The notes: a model not told the origin generated them from the sequence alone. Counted from the stretch's first letter, positions 31,490-41,746 are shown. The stretch is DNA of 64,000 nt from an uncultured Anaerolineales bacterium (GCA_964450435.1 CAYVCX010000008.1:6548-70547), one strand, 5' to 3'. Numbers and translations are program-made.

Positions 31490-31777
31490 ATGGAGCCTGA
31501 GCTCGAACAGCATCGGACGCCGTCGTCGTCTGGGTCAAAGGACAGGATTGTCTCGTTGAGCGCTCTGCATTCGGGCGAGCAGGGCGAAGTCGTCAAGCTG
31601 GCTGGCGGTCGCGGCATGTTGAGTAGGATGACGGCTTTGGGTTTCACGCCGGGCGCGGATGTAACCGTCGTGCAGAATTTCGGCCGAGGACCGCTCATTG
31701 CGCGGGTGCGCGACGCTCGCATCGCCCTGGGGCGGGGCGAAGCCAAGCGCGTCTACGTGCGGAGGAGAATCCAGTGA
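31490..31777 (+). CDS. feoA: FeoA family protein
   Basis: SH3-like FeoA motif LSALHSGEQGEVVKL...G..PG..V.V. GGAGGA RBS before the ATG at 31490. The track's start at 31457 is TTG. Confidence 0.65.
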   Translation: MEPELEQHRTPSSSGSKDRIVSLSALHSGEQGEVVKLAGGRGMLSRMTALGFTPGADVTVVQNFGRGPLIARVRDARIALGRGEAKRVYVRRRIQ

Positions 31778-33816
31778 GGGCTCAATCGGCCCCATTCGCT
31801 CAAGATGGCGTGACCGAGAAGGAGAGCTTGGCCGAGAGAACCGCGCTGGTCGCGTTGGCCGGCCAGCCGAACGTGGGGAAGTCGACGCTCTTCAACGTCC
31901 TGACCGGCCTCAGTCAGCACGTCGGTAACTGGCCTGGGAAGACCGTCGAACGGAAAGAGGGGACATTCACCCACGCTGGCACCACGTATCGGGTGGTCGA
32001 TCTGCCCGGCACCTATAGCTTGACCGCCAACTCTGCCGAGGAAGTCATCGCCCGTGAGTTCATCATCCGAGAGCGTCCGGACGTGGTGGTGGCTTTGGTG
32101 GACGCTGCTATTCTGGAGCGCAGCCTCTACCTGGTGTCCGAGCTCATTCCACTGCCTGCTCCGGTGATCGTGGCGCTGAATATGATGGATGTGGCGGACC
32201 AAGAGGGCGTGCAAATTGAGCCCCAGGTGTTGGAGGCAGCTCTTGGAGTCCCTGTGGTCCCGATGGTCGCTACCCGCAACGCGGGAGTTGAGGAGCTCCT
32301 GACTGCCATTGCACAGGTCACACAGGACGAGTACGACTACAACCCGACCTCGCCACGCATTCGAGAAGATCATCAGGATGTCTTGCGGCAAGTTGAACAG
32401 GTGATTGAGGGATATGTGCCAGATCCTTATCCACAGGACTGGGTGGCACTAAAGCTTCTGGAGGGAGACCGAAAAGTCACGGCTATGATGAATAGCTGTA
32501 TGACCGAGGCACGCCAGGAAGCGCTGCATACTGTTGTGCGAGAGCACGATGACGCACTGGTCGCTGTGGCCAGCGGCCGCTACGAGTGGATCGGCCGCAT
32601 GATACGCGCGGCACTGACGCGCCCCAGGACCGGTCGGATCGGACTGACAGAACGGCTGGATCGTTGGGCCACGCATCCTTTCTGGGGGGTTGTGATCCTG
32701 GCCGGCATCCTTGGGCTCGCGTTCTGGCTGACATACGCCGTGGGTACTCCGCTGCAGGAACTGCTCGATAATTACGCCGTCAGCCCATTGGCGGAGCTTT
32801 CTCGCGCGGCCCTGGCTGGAGCCCCGTCCTGGGTTGCTGCTCTGGTGGCGGACGGCGTGATTGGGGGTGCCGGGGCGATGCTCACCTTCCTTCCCATTCT
32901 GGTCGTTTTCTTCGGTGTGATGGCCACCCTGGAAGATGTGGGCTACCTGGCGCGAGCGGCTTATGTGATGGATCGTTTCATGCACGTGATGGGCCTCCAT
33001 GGTAAGTCGTTCCTCCCTTTGTTCCTTGGTTTCGGTTGCAACGTGCCTGCCGTGCTCGGCGCGCGAGTGATCGAGTCGGAGCGGGCGCGCTTGCTCACGA
33101 TTCTTCTTGCTCCTCTGGTGCCTTGCACGGCCGTGATGACTGTGATCGCCTTTCTGGCCCCCGCGTTCTTCGGCTCTGCTGCTGCGTTGGTCTCCTGGGG
33201 GATGATTCTTCTGGCGTTGGGTGTGCTGGCCGTCTCCGGTGTGCTCATGAACAAGGTGTTGTTCCACGGTGCGAGGGCGGCGTTCATCATGGAGCTGCCT
33301 CTCTACCATCTTCCGAACCGTCGGACCATCGCCTTGCGCGTGTGGCAACGCAGCGTTTCATTCGTCCGCAAGGCCGGCACGTTGATCCTGGCCGTCTCCG
33401 TGGTCGTCTGGGCTCTCTCGACACTGCCTGGCGGGGAAATCGAGACAAGCTTCCTCGCGCGTATCGGACACCTTTTCGAGCCATTGGGCCGACTAATGGG
33501 CTTCGACTGGCGGCTGACGGTGGCCTTGCTGACCAGCTTCATTGCCAAAGAGAACTCCATCGCCACGCTGGGGGTCCTGTTTGGCACGAGCGAGGGCGCA
33601 GGATTGGCAGCAACATTGGCAACAACATTCTCTACCCCAACAGCGCTCGCCTTCCTTACGGTACAGATGCTCTTCATCCCATGCGTGGCGACGATCGCGG
33701 TCATTCGTCAGGAGACATCGTGGAAGTGGGTGCTCTTCGATTTGGCCTTCCTGCTGGGTGTCTCCCTTGGGGCTGGCACTATCGTCTATTGGGTTGCCCG
33801 CCTCCTGGGGCTATGA
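31774..33816 (+). CDS. feoB: ferrous iron transporter FeoB
   Basis: G-domain ALAGQPNVGKSTLFN..., followed by a polytopic membrane domain. GTGA overlap with feoA. Confidence 0.85.
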   Translation: MRAQSAPFAQDGVTEKESLAERTALVALAGQPNVGKSTLFNVLTGLSQHVGNWPGKTVERKEGTFTHAGTTYRVVDLPGTYSLTANSAEEVIAREFIIRERPDVVVALVDAAILERSLYLVSELIPLPAPVIVALNMMDVADQEGVQIEPQVLEAALGVPVVPMVATRNAGVEELLTAIAQVTQDEYDYNPTSPRIREDHQDVLRQVEQVIEGYVPDPYPQDWVALKLLEGDRKVTAMMNSCMTEARQEALHTVVREHDDALVAVASGRYEWIGRMIRAALTRPRTGRIGLTERLDRWATHPFWGVVILAGILGLAFWLTYAVGTPLQELLDNYAVSPLAELSRAALAGAPSWVAALVADGVIGGAGAMLTFLPILVVFFGVMATLEDVGYLARAAYVMDRFMHVMGLHGKSFLPLFLGFGCNVPAVLGARVIESERARLLTILLAPLVPCTAVMTVIAFLAPAFFGSAAALVSWGMILLALGVLAVSGVLMNKVLFHGARAAFIMELPLYHLPNRRTIALRVWQRSVSFVRKAGTLILAVSVVVWALSTLPGGEIETSFLARIGHLFEPLGRLMGFDWRLTVALLTSFIAKENSIATLGVLFGTSEGAGLAATLATTFSTPTALAFLTVQMLFIPCVATIAVIRQETSWKWVLFDLAFLLGVSLGAGTIVYWVARLLGL

Positions 33817-33885
33817 GGCCAGGTTTGGGAAGAGCTGCAGCGCTGCAGGCACACAGCGCCCGACTCCAATCGGCAAGAGAATCAG

Positions 33886-35052
33886 ATGCGTAGAGCAGAG
33901 TGGCTCATCGCGGTTGTGTTGGCTGCCCTGGTCGTTTTGGCCGTGGCGATCGTAGTGGTTGGCCCCAGGGCTGACCAAGACTTGTCACCCTTTGACCGGC
34001 GCCGCGGTTCGAGCGGAACCGAGACGATGGCTGCGCGAGTTGTCGAAGTGCTGGAGCAGGGCACGATCGAACTGGGCGAAGGGAGTACGCAGCCATATCA
34101 GCGACTGGTGGTGAAGGTAGAGACAGGATCCATGGCCGGGCAAAAGATTGTGGTGGAAGAGGGCGTCACGAACATCATCACTCAACAACGGCTCTTTGAA
34201 CCCGGCGATCGCGTGTTCGTGGAGCGAGCGGCGGGATCAGAGGGCGACCGCTTCTACATCTCCGACGTGGTGCGGCTTGGCCCACTGCTCTTCCTCGTTC
34301 TGCTGTTCGTTGGGCTCGTGGTCACTGTGGGACGATGGAAGGGCGTGCGCTCGCTTGGAGGTACGCTCTTCAGCCTGGCGATCATCTTCGCCTTCATCCT
34401 CCCTCAGATTCTGGCCGGCCGGGATCCGGTGCTGGTGAGCGTCGTGGGCTCTATTCTGTTGCTCTCCGTCTCGACCTACCTGACCTATGGGGTGAGTCCC
34501 AAAGCCCATGCAGCAGTGGCAGGGATGGCCCTAAGCCTGACGCTAACCGGGGGGTTGGCCCGGTTTTTTGTGGGGTGGGCGCGCTTGAGCGGTATGGGTA
34601 TGGAGGAGAGCACCTTCCTGGTGATGGAACTAGGATCTGGCATCGACCTGCGCGGGCTTGTGCTGGGTGGGATTATCATCGGCTCTCTGGGCGTGCTGGA
34701 TGACGTATGCGTGGGGCAGGCGTCTGCGGTATTTGAGTTGATCGGTGCCAATCGAAACCTAAGCTGGCTCGACCTCTTTCGCAGCAGTCTCAACATCGGT
34801 ACGGATCACATCGCGGCAATGGTCAACACCTTGCTCCTGGCCTACGTCGGTGGGGCAATGCCGTTGATGTTGGCCTTCATTATCTACCAGGAACCGCTGT
34901 TGCGTCGTATCAACCGGGAGCCCATCGCCGAGGAGATTGTGCGCACTCTCGCCGGCAGCTGCGGATTGGTGCTGGCGGTGCCGATAACCGGTCTGATCGC
35001 CAGCGCTATGGCGCGCTGGGCCGTTCGGCGGAGGGAGATAGAGGGCAAGTAG
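33886..35052 (+). CDS. YibE/F family membrane protein
   Basis: N-terminal TM helix plus an extracytoplasmic domain, then about 7 TM helices. Pattern matches the YibE/F family. Confidence 0.5.
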   Translation: MRRAEWLIAVVLAALVVLAVAIVVVGPRADQDLSPFDRRRGSSGTETMAARVVEVLEQGTIELGEGSTQPYQRLVVKVETGSMAGQKIVVEEGVTNIITQQRLFEPGDRVFVERAAGSEGDRFYISDVVRLGPLLFLVLLFVGLVVTVGRWKGVRSLGGTLFSLAIIFAFILPQILAGRDPVLVSVVGSILLLSVSTYLTYGVSPKAHAAVAGMALSLTLTGGLARFFVGWARLSGMGMEESTFLVMELGSGIDLRGLVLGGIIIGSLGVLDDVCVGQASAVFELIGANRNLSWLDLFRSSLNIGTDHIAAMVNTLLLAYVGGAMPLMLAFIIYQEPLLRRINREPIAEEIVRTLAGSCGLVLAVPITGLIASAMARWAVRRREIEGK

Positions 35053-35056
35053 AAAG

Positions 35057-35338
35057 ATGTTAAACAAGCTGCTGGAACTGCTGCGAGAAGGGGGGACGCG
35101 CCGGATAGCCGAGTTGGCTCAGGAACTCGAAACGACGCCGCAGCTCGTTCAGGCAATGTTGGAGGATCTGGCCCGAATGGGATACCTTGGGCAGTTAAAC
35201 GCCCAGTGCTCGGAGAGTTGCGCTGAATGCCCTATGTCCCACGTGTGCGCCGTTGGCGGGCCGTCATCCGAGGGAGGCAACGGGCGAGTCTGGGTGCTCC
35301 TGGAGGCCAAGAAGGCAAACAGCGATGCATCTGGCTAG
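35057..35338 (+). CDS. FeoC-like winged-helix protein with Cys cluster
   Basis: 93-aa protein. N-terminal wHTH followed by C..C....C Cys-rich segment as in FeoC-like regulators. It ends the feo operon. Confidence 0.45.
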   Translation: MLNKLLELLREGGTRRIAELAQELETTPQLVQAMLEDLARMGYLGQLNAQCSESCAECPMSHVCAVGGPSSEGGNGRVWVLLEAKKANSDASG

Positions 35339-35670
35339 CTGCCTGGACTGAAGAACCATCTTTCCGCTCTGTAGCAGGAAGATGCGGCTGATTTCCGTGA
35401 CAGGCGGTGGTCACAAGAGAGCGTAGACCACGGGCTCCGCCATCACCGGATCCGAGAGCGGCGTTACACCCCCTGCGTGTTGGTTCGCTATCTCCCGTCT
35501 GAGGCCAAAGGCTGGGCACGCCTCGTGCCGCCCGAGTCCTGAGGAACCGCCAGCCTTGTCTCCCGCCGTACGGCGCCTTGCTCGAGCCGACCCACTCTGT
35601 ATTGTGCATCCTATGCTCCGATGGCGGGCCTGTCTGATCAACCTGACCCGGACGCCCCAGATTCTCTCCG

Positions 35671-35699
35671 ATTGACCCATAGACACGAGAATGATATAC
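35671..35699 (+). promoter_or_regulatory. promoter TTGACC-N17-TATACT with TG extension, upstream of ald
   Basis: Canonical spacing. 80 nt upstream of the ald start. Confidence 0.5.
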
Positions 35700-35777
35700 T
35701 CTTGCCGTCGACGAGGCTTACCGCCCCCTTGGGAAGACCGCTCAGTTGATCGGCAAGCTAACAGGAGGTAATCTGAG

Positions 35778-36884
35778 ATGAACATTGGCATTCCAAAGGA
35801 ACGCAGGGACCTGGAGCAGCGGGTGGGCCTGACACCCTATGGAGTGGACCTACTGACCCGCGCCGGTCATATCTGCTACATCGAGAAAGATGCCGGACTG
35901 CAGGCAGGGTTTACGGATTATCATTACGAGCGAGTAGGGGGGCACATCGTCTACTCGGGCGAGGAGGTCTACGGCCGATCTGATCTGGTTCTCAAGGCGG
36001 TGCGGCCTACCGAAAGAGAGTTGGACTGGCTGCGTGCGGGACAGATCATCGCGGGCTTCTTGCACCTGGCTGCTGCTCGTCGCAGCTGGGTCGAAACGTT
36101 CTTGAAGAAGAACGTCACCGCTATCGCGTATGAGACCATCGAAGAGGACGACGGGACGCTACCGGTGCTGCGTCCGATGAGCGAGGTGGCTGGCCGGATG
36201 GCCCCGCAGCTAGCTGCGACATTCCTACAGAGCAGCTATGAAGGCCGCGGTGTGCTCCTCAGCGGCGTGCCTGGCATCCCCCCAGCCAGCGTAGGCATCC
36301 TGGGAGCCGGCGTGTTGGGGACTAACGCAACCCGCACGTTCCTAGGGTTGGGAGCCCGAGTCTACGTGCTGGATCGGGATCAAGAGAAACTCCGCAGGGT
36401 TGACGAACAGTTCGCGGGTTGTGCCACGACAATGGTCTCCTACCCTTTCAACATCACCCGGGTCGCACGCTTCGCCGAGGTCTTGGTGGGTGCGATTCTC
36501 GTACCGGGTTCTCGGGCTCCGATTGTGGTCACGCGGGACATGGTGCGTTCTATGAAGCAGGGCTCCGTGATCCTGGATTTCAGCATCGATCAAGGCGGAT
36601 GCGTGGAGACCAGCCGACCCACCACACTGCGGGATCCTGTCTTCGTTGAGGAGGATATCGTACACTTCTGTGTTCCCAACGTGCCGGGAGCCGTCCCCCG
36701 GACGGCGACACATGCGTTCAACAATGCCATCTGGCCCTATGTTCGGCACATCGCTGAGGCAGGTCTGGAGCAAGCAGCGAGGGAGAAAGCCCCGCTAGCC
36801 CGGGGGATTGTTACGCAGGCGGGCGAGATCGTGAACGAGGCTTTGGCCGCAGCCTACTACGCTGGTGAGGAGGGCGAACAATGA
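35778..36884 (+). CDS. ald: alanine dehydrogenase
   Basis: MNIGIPKERRDLEQRVGLTP N-terminus and NAD-binding GILGAGVLG. AGGAGG RBS. Confidence 0.8.
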   Translation: MNIGIPKERRDLEQRVGLTPYGVDLLTRAGHICYIEKDAGLQAGFTDYHYERVGGHIVYSGEEVYGRSDLVLKAVRPTERELDWLRAGQIIAGFLHLAAARRSWVETFLKKNVTAIAYETIEEDDGTLPVLRPMSEVAGRMAPQLAATFLQSSYEGRGVLLSGVPGIPPASVGILGAGVLGTNATRTFLGLGARVYVLDRDQEKLRRVDEQFAGCATTMVSYPFNITRVARFAEVLVGAILVPGSRAPIVVTRDMVRSMKQGSVILDFSIDQGGCVETSRPTTLRDPVFVEEDIVHFCVPNVPGAVPRTATHAFNNAIWPYVRHIAEAGLEQAAREKAPLARGIVTQAGEIVNEALAAAYYAGEEGEQ

Positions 36885-38185
36885 GCTGGATGGAGGCTTA
36901 CGAGAGTCGCGTCACGACTGCCGAACAGGCGATAGCCGCGGCTGTCGAGTCAGGCGATCGGATCTTCCTCACCGGGAACTGTAGTGTGCCACAGCTTTTG
37001 ATGGAGGCCCTAGTTGAACGAGCACCAGAGCTGGAGGACATCGAGATCTGCCACGCCCTGACCCTCGGCTCGAGCGACTATGTGGCTCCGGAGATGGAGG
37101 GGCACATCCGGGCGAACTCGCTTTTCATCGGCCCAAACGTGCGCGAGGCAGTGCAGGAGGGGCGGGCCGATTTTACACCTGTCCTTCTCTCCGAGTTCAC
37201 ACTGCTTTTCAAGGAGCGGGTTCTTCCGGTGGACGTGGCCTTCGTTCACCTCTCCCCGCCGGATGAACACGGCTTCTGCTCCTATGGGATCGAGACCGGG
37301 CTGACCAAATCGCCGGCCGAAGCGTCTGACATCATCATCGCTGAGGTCAACGAGAACATGCCGCGTTGTCTGGGCGACTCCTTCGTCCACGTCAGCCACC
37401 TGGACTACATCGTGCCGGTGGACTATCCTCTGCTCGAACTGCCGATGACGAGGGGCAACCTCTCAGACGCCCACATCAAGATCGGCGAGTACATCGCTGA
37501 GTTGATTCCCGACGGGGCAACGATGCAGATGGGCCTGGGCGCCATCCCCGACGCCGTGCTCAGATTCCTGCACGACAAGCGCGATCTGGGGGTTCATACT
37601 GAGCTATTCTCGGACAGCGTGATCGATCTTGTGGAGGCCGGGGTTCTGACCAACGCGAAGAAGACCCTGCACCCGGGCAAGATCACCTCGGGCTTCATGA
37701 TTGGGTCCCGTCGACTCTACGAATGGGCGCACGACAACCCCCTGATTGAGCTCCACCGCACTGAGTACGTGAACGACCCTTTTGTCATCGCTCAAAACGA
37801 TCGGCAAGTGGCGATCAACTCAGCTATCGAGATAGATCTGACCGGGCAAGTGTGCGCTGACTCTATCGGGCCCAAGCTCTACAGCGGCGTGGGTGGGCAG
37901 CTGGACTTCATCTATGGGGCATCACGTTCTACTGACGGCATACCCATCATTGCGCTGCCCGCCACGGTAGAAGGCAAGAACATCAGTCGAATTGTCCCGA
38001 TGCTCAAGCGAGGTGCTGGAGTGGTAACAACCCGCTACCACGTGCATTACGTGGTGACGGAGTACGGCGTGGCTGACCTGTACGGAAAGACGATCCGAGA
38101 GCGAGCCAAGGCGTTGATCAGCATTGCGGCGCCCGAATACCGCGAGGAACTCACTCGGGCGGCGAAGGAGTTGCACTACATTTAG
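36881..38185 (+). CDS. acetyl-CoA hydrolase/transferase family protein (4-hydroxybutyrate/acetate CoA-transferase-like)
   Basis: Family-typical N-terminus and length (434 aa). ATGA overlap with ald. Confidence 0.7.
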   Translation: MSWMEAYESRVTTAEQAIAAAVESGDRIFLTGNCSVPQLLMEALVERAPELEDIEICHALTLGSSDYVAPEMEGHIRANSLFIGPNVREAVQEGRADFTPVLLSEFTLLFKERVLPVDVAFVHLSPPDEHGFCSYGIETGLTKSPAEASDIIIAEVNENMPRCLGDSFVHVSHLDYIVPVDYPLLELPMTRGNLSDAHIKIGEYIAELIPDGATMQMGLGAIPDAVLRFLHDKRDLGVHTELFSDSVIDLVEAGVLTNAKKTLHPGKITSGFMIGSRRLYEWAHDNPLIELHRTEYVNDPFVIAQNDRQVAINSAIEIDLTGQVCADSIGPKLYSGVGGQLDFIYGASRSTDGIPIIALPATVEGKNISRIVPMLKRGAGVVTTRYHVHYVVTEYGVADLYGKTIRERAKALISIAAPEYREELTRAAKELHYI

Positions 38186-38214
38186 GCGCAGAGGCCCTGA
38201 GGGTTATCCAATCC

Positions 38215-39570
38215 TCAAGGCCTTTCGCCAAACAAGTCGTATTCGAGAGCGGCCGTGATGCGGACGGGCACGATCTCGCCCACCGGCAGTTCCGCCTCGG
38301 TCAACACAAGTCCGTCCACCTCGGGAGCGTCGCGGTAGGAGCGGCCGACGCTCAATCCTTCTCCGCGGCCCTCGACCAGCACGTCCAGCACGTCTCCCAC
38401 CAGCGCCTGGTTCTTCGCCAGAGAGATAGGTTGCTGCGCCGCCATGATCCGCGCCCGTCGTTCCTCCTTGACCGTAGACGGCACGTCATCCTCGAGCTCG
38501 GCGGCCGGCGTCCCCACCTCGTGCGAGTAAGTGAAGACTCCCACGCGGTCAAATCGAATCTCGACCAAAAACTCAAGGAGGGCTTCAAATTCCTGTTCCG
38601 TCTCGCCCGGATAGCCTACCAGGAAGGTAGTCCGGATTGCAATCTCGGGCATGGCTGCTCGCAACTGTGCGATCGTCCGACGCACCCGATCCATATTCGC
38701 CGGTCGGCGCATACGGCGCAGCACATCGGGATGGGCATGCTGCAGCGGCAGGTCGAGGTAGGGCAGGATCTGGGGATGACCAGCCATCATCTCAATCAGC
38801 CTTTCCGAAAGACCAGTCCGGCTTGGATAAGCGTACATGAGTCGCAGCCATGGGACCCGGGGTACCGCCGCAACCAGATCATCCAGCAAGTTCGAAAGAC
38901 CATTTTGCATCCCAAGATCGTGACCATAATCCGTGGTATCCTGGGCGATCAGGATGATCTCCTGTACACCAAACTCCGCCAACCGTTCTGCATCGGCCAG
39001 AACAGCGTCTGGAGGGCGGCTCACGCTGGGGCCCTTAATCAGCGGGATGGCACAGAAGGCACACGCTCGACGACAACCCTCGGCAAGCTTCAGGTACGCA
39101 CTGCCGCCCTGGACCGCCGCACGAACCACTCCCGGTTCACGGCGGTCAGCCGGCGGCATCCCTGACACGTGACAAAGAGCTGTCGAGGAGCCACGTCGCT
39201 CAGCTCGCGCCTCAACTCGCTCGAGCAGATCAACGATGTCCATCCAGCGCCGGGTACCGATGAGGCCATCGATACCGGGGACTGCCCCGGCGAGTTCATT
39301 GGGACAACGCTGCGAGTAGCAGCCAGCAGCGACGATTCTCTGTTCGGGCTGCCTGTTATGAACCAACTCCCGCAACACAGCACGCGATTCGCTCCGAGCC
39401 GACTCAATGAACCCACAGGTGTTGACAATCAGCACGTGGGCCGCATCAGGATCGGTGGCTGAGGAATAGCCAGCGCGGTTCAGCAACGTGGCCATCCCCT
39501 CACTGTCCACGAGGTTCTTCGGACAGCCGAGGGAGATCAGGTAGAAACTCCGTGGTTCGTCAGTCATCAC
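38215..39570 (-). CDS. rimO: ribosomal protein S12 methylthiotransferase RimO (radical SAM MTTase)
   Basis: N-terminus ISLGCPKNLVDSE (MTTase domain). Radical SAM CAFCAIP. C-terminal TRAM domain. Confidence 0.8.
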   Translation of the reverse strand: MMTDEPRSFYLISLGCPKNLVDSEGMATLLNRAGYSSATDPDAAHVLIVNTCGFIESARSESRAVLRELVHNRQPEQRIVAAGCYSQRCPNELAGAVPGIDGLIGTRRWMDIVDLLERVEARAERRGSSTALCHVSGMPPADRREPGVVRAAVQGGSAYLKLAEGCRRACAFCAIPLIKGPSVSRPPDAVLADAERLAEFGVQEIILIAQDTTDYGHDLGMQNGLSNLLDDLVAAVPRVPWLRLMYAYPSRTGLSERLIEMMAGHPQILPYLDLPLQHAHPDVLRRMRRPANMDRVRRTIAQLRAAMPEIAIRTTFLVGYPGETEQEFEALLEFLVEIRFDRVGVFTYSHEVGTPAAELEDDVPSTVKEERRARIMAAQQPISLAKNQALVGDVLDVLVEGRGEGLSVGRSYRDAPEVDGLVLTEAELPVGEIVPVRITAALEYDLFGERP

Positions 39571-39645
39571 AACGTTGGCACAAAAAGAGCGGGCATTCGC
39601 CCGCTGTCATCTTCAAGCCGTCTTCTGAGCCAGGGAAGGAGATGT

Positions 39646-40479
39646 CTATGATGGTGCATCCCCGCCTGACGGGCTCCAGGCACAAGTCCCAGCTTTCCCG
39701 GGCCAGTGTATCCCCTCCTGTGCCTGCCTGCCGGTGGTCTTGCCGCCTGCAGCTGCACTGTCCTTCTCCACGGGAGCCACTCTGTCACCCGGCCCGGTAT
39801 CGGTGCGGTTCGGTGGTGTCATCCGCTCAAACACAGCCCGCCACCCTCGTTGGATTCGGACCACGACGTCGGCGGCGGCTTCCAATGCAAGGGCAGCCTT
39901 CCCACCATCAGGGACTGAGGAGAGGCGCAGCAAGTCCCCCAAAGCCGAGTCCATCGTCAGCGCCAGAGCAATCCTGGCGGGGGGTGTCGCCGACGATGGG
40001 AGAGCCTGCTCACCGTCGGGTCGATTCATCACATAGCTGACGACAGCCAGGATCACCAGCAATGCCGTAAGCACGATGCCCACAATCAGCACCGTCTCCA
40101 CACTCATCCAACGGGGAAGGGAGGATGACACGGGAATGTCGCGAGGACGAAATCGGATGACCGTCAGATCATCGGCCGACTCGGCGGGCTCGGCCTGCCT
40201 CGCTGCCGGCAAGGCCTCGACGGCCAGCGGCCCTACGCCATCCACCTCGTTCTCATAACGATCCAGAGCCTCTTCCGTCGGCAGGTCAAGATGCCTGGCA
40301 TAGATACGCAGGAATCCCCGCACTTGCACGTCACCGCCAGGGAAGGCAGCGAAATCGCCGGCTTCCAGCAGCTCCAGGAACTGAGCTCGAATCCGGGTCG
40401 CTGCCTCTGCTTCCTCCAGCGTAGTTCCCTGAGCCTCACGTGCCTCTTGCAGCCACCGGCCGACCTTCTCCACCGTCAT
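39646..40479 (-). CDS. RodZ-like helix-turn-helix membrane protein
   Basis: HTH_25/RodZ motif GRWLQEAREAQGTTLEEAEAATRIR...GDF..FPG..QVRGFLRIYARHLDL, followed by a Pro-rich region and a TM helix. A start at the internal M is more plausible than the track start at 40542. Confidence 0.5.
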   Translation of the reverse strand: MTVEKVGRWLQEAREAQGTTLEEAEAATRIRAQFLELLEAGDFAAFPGGDVQVRGFLRIYARHLDLPTEEALDRYENEVDGVGPLAVEALPAARQAEPAESADDLTVIRFRPRDIPVSSSLPRWMSVETVLIVGIVLTALLVILAVVSYVMNRPDGEQALPSSATPPARIALALTMDSALGDLLRLSSVPDGGKAALALEAAADVVVRIQRGWRAVFERMTPPNRTDTGPGDRVAPVEKDSAAAGGKTTGRQAQEGIHWPGKAGTCAWSPSGGDAPS

Positions 40480-40510
40480 CTCCTCACTGCCGCCCGCTTG
40501 ACAACAGGGA

Positions 40511-41005
40511 CTACGAGGTGCTCTCTTCGGCAGGCTCGACATCCGCCGGCAAACTGCCGCCCTCCGGCTTCACGACAACCCGGATCTGGGGCTCAATGTC
40601 CTCCATCAGGCGAACGGGAACAAAATGCTCCCCCACCTCTCGAATCGGCTCTGAAAGAGGGATGTCTCGCCTGTCGATCTCGACACCAACTTGCTCCTCA
40701 AGCGCTTCGGCGATATCGGCGTTGGTGATGGAGCCGTAGAGCTGACCTGTCTCCCCGGTCTTGACCTCGAAGGTGATCGTATGGGACGTCAAGCGACGGG
40801 CCAAGGCCTCCGAGCGCTTCTTCATCCTCTCGTGCTTGCGCGCCTGCACCTCTTGACGATGCTGGAAATCCTTCAACGCGCCCGGGGTGGCCCTCACGGC
40901 CATTCCCCGCGGGATCAAGTAATTCCGGGCGTAGCCGTCCGCTACTTCGTGAACATCTCCTCTTTTGCCCAGGTTGGGCACGTCTTGTTTCAGTATGACT
41001 TTCAC
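40511..41005 (-). CDS. rplI: 50S ribosomal protein L9
   Basis: MKVILKQDVPNLGKRGDVHEVADGYARNYLIPRG is a canonical L9 N-domain. Confidence 0.85.
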   Translation of the reverse strand: MKVILKQDVPNLGKRGDVHEVADGYARNYLIPRGMAVRATPGALKDFQHRQEVQARKHERMKKRSEALARRLTSHTITFEVKTGETGQLYGSITNADIAEALEEQVGVEIDRRDIPLSEPIREVGEHFVPVRLMEDIEPQIRVVVKPEGGSLPADVEPAEESTS

Positions 41006-41050
41006 GGTAGCACCCCTTGAACGTGATCAAGCAACCAAAGCGTGGATGCA

Positions 41051-41136
41051 GGTAGGGCGGGTGGGATTCGAACCCACACGTCCTCTCAGACAGAGGATTT
41101 TAAGTCCCCGGCGTCTTCCTATTCCGCCACCGCCCC
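41051..41136 (-). tRNA. tRNA-Leu (anticodon UAA), long variable arm
   Basis: Manual fold. Acceptor GGGGCGG/CCGCCCT, anticodon loop CUUAAAA (UAA), long variable arm, T-arm GUGGG-UUCGAAU-CCCAC. CC is encoded but not the terminal A. Confidence 0.8.
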
Positions 41137-41187
41137 GCATAGAGCGCGGGCAGCTTGATGCTGCCCGCAGTCGACGCCAACGAAAAG

Positions 41188-41259
41188 AGGCGGCGGCCGG
41201 ATTCGAACCGGCGGATGGGACTTTTGCAGAGTCCTGCCTTGCCACTTGGCTACGCCGCC
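41188..41259 (-). tRNA. tRNA-Cys (anticodon GCA)
   Basis: Manual fold. Acceptor GGCGGCG/CGCCGCC, anticodon stem-loop GGACU-CUGCAAA-AGUCC (GCA), T-arm CCGG-UUCGAAU-CCGG. Confidence 0.8.
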
Positions 41260-41728
41260 TTGCTTCGCACCAAGATTCTACCACATGTTGATGCGGTCTG
41301 CAAGCAGTCGCTGCGAGGGTGTCGAATAATGGGCGATCAGCATCACCAATCTGCCCCATTATGCTCCTAGTCCCCGATTTTCAAGGCTCTCATTTTGCGA
41401 TTGGTGGAGGGAATCGTGCACCGCCGTGAACAGGCGGTGCTGGGGGGGGGTGCCTGGCGGGGTGGGATCAGTCGTTCGAGGTGTTTTTTCAACACTCTCC
41501 GCTGCCGGTAATGACGAAGACCCACTACGCACCAGATTCCGATGACACTCCAGGTAGGCGAACTCGATGCCCTCACGCAGAGAGCAGGAGGAACGCCGAC
41601 CGCGTACGCCTTCGGGCGAGAGACCGGGATCGAACCTGGCAAAGTCAGGAAAAGCGACCTCTCATCACCAGGACGTCAGGCGGCGCCAGGTGATGGCAGA
41701 AGACGGACGTCGGATAGGGCTGCGGTCG

Positions 41729-41746
41729 CCGATATTGTACAATATC
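41729..41746. promoter_or_regulatory. 18-bp perfect palindrome CGATATTGTACAATATCG
   Basis: Self-complementary. An AT-rich island in a 65% GC genome. Shares the half-site CGATATTGT with the element at 41873. Confidence 0.35.

Noticed and set aside
41027-41359. 110-aa minus-strand ORF
   Set aside because: It is fully overlapped by tRNA-Leu and tRNA-Cys.
41596-41650. tRNA-like fragment on the minus strand (GCCAGGTTCGATCCCGGTCTCTCG)
   Set aside because: It has a T-loop-like GGTTCGATCC, but the T-stem has a mismatch and no acceptor or anticodon arms can be folded. It could be a decayed tRNA or att-site remnant, but this is not supportable.
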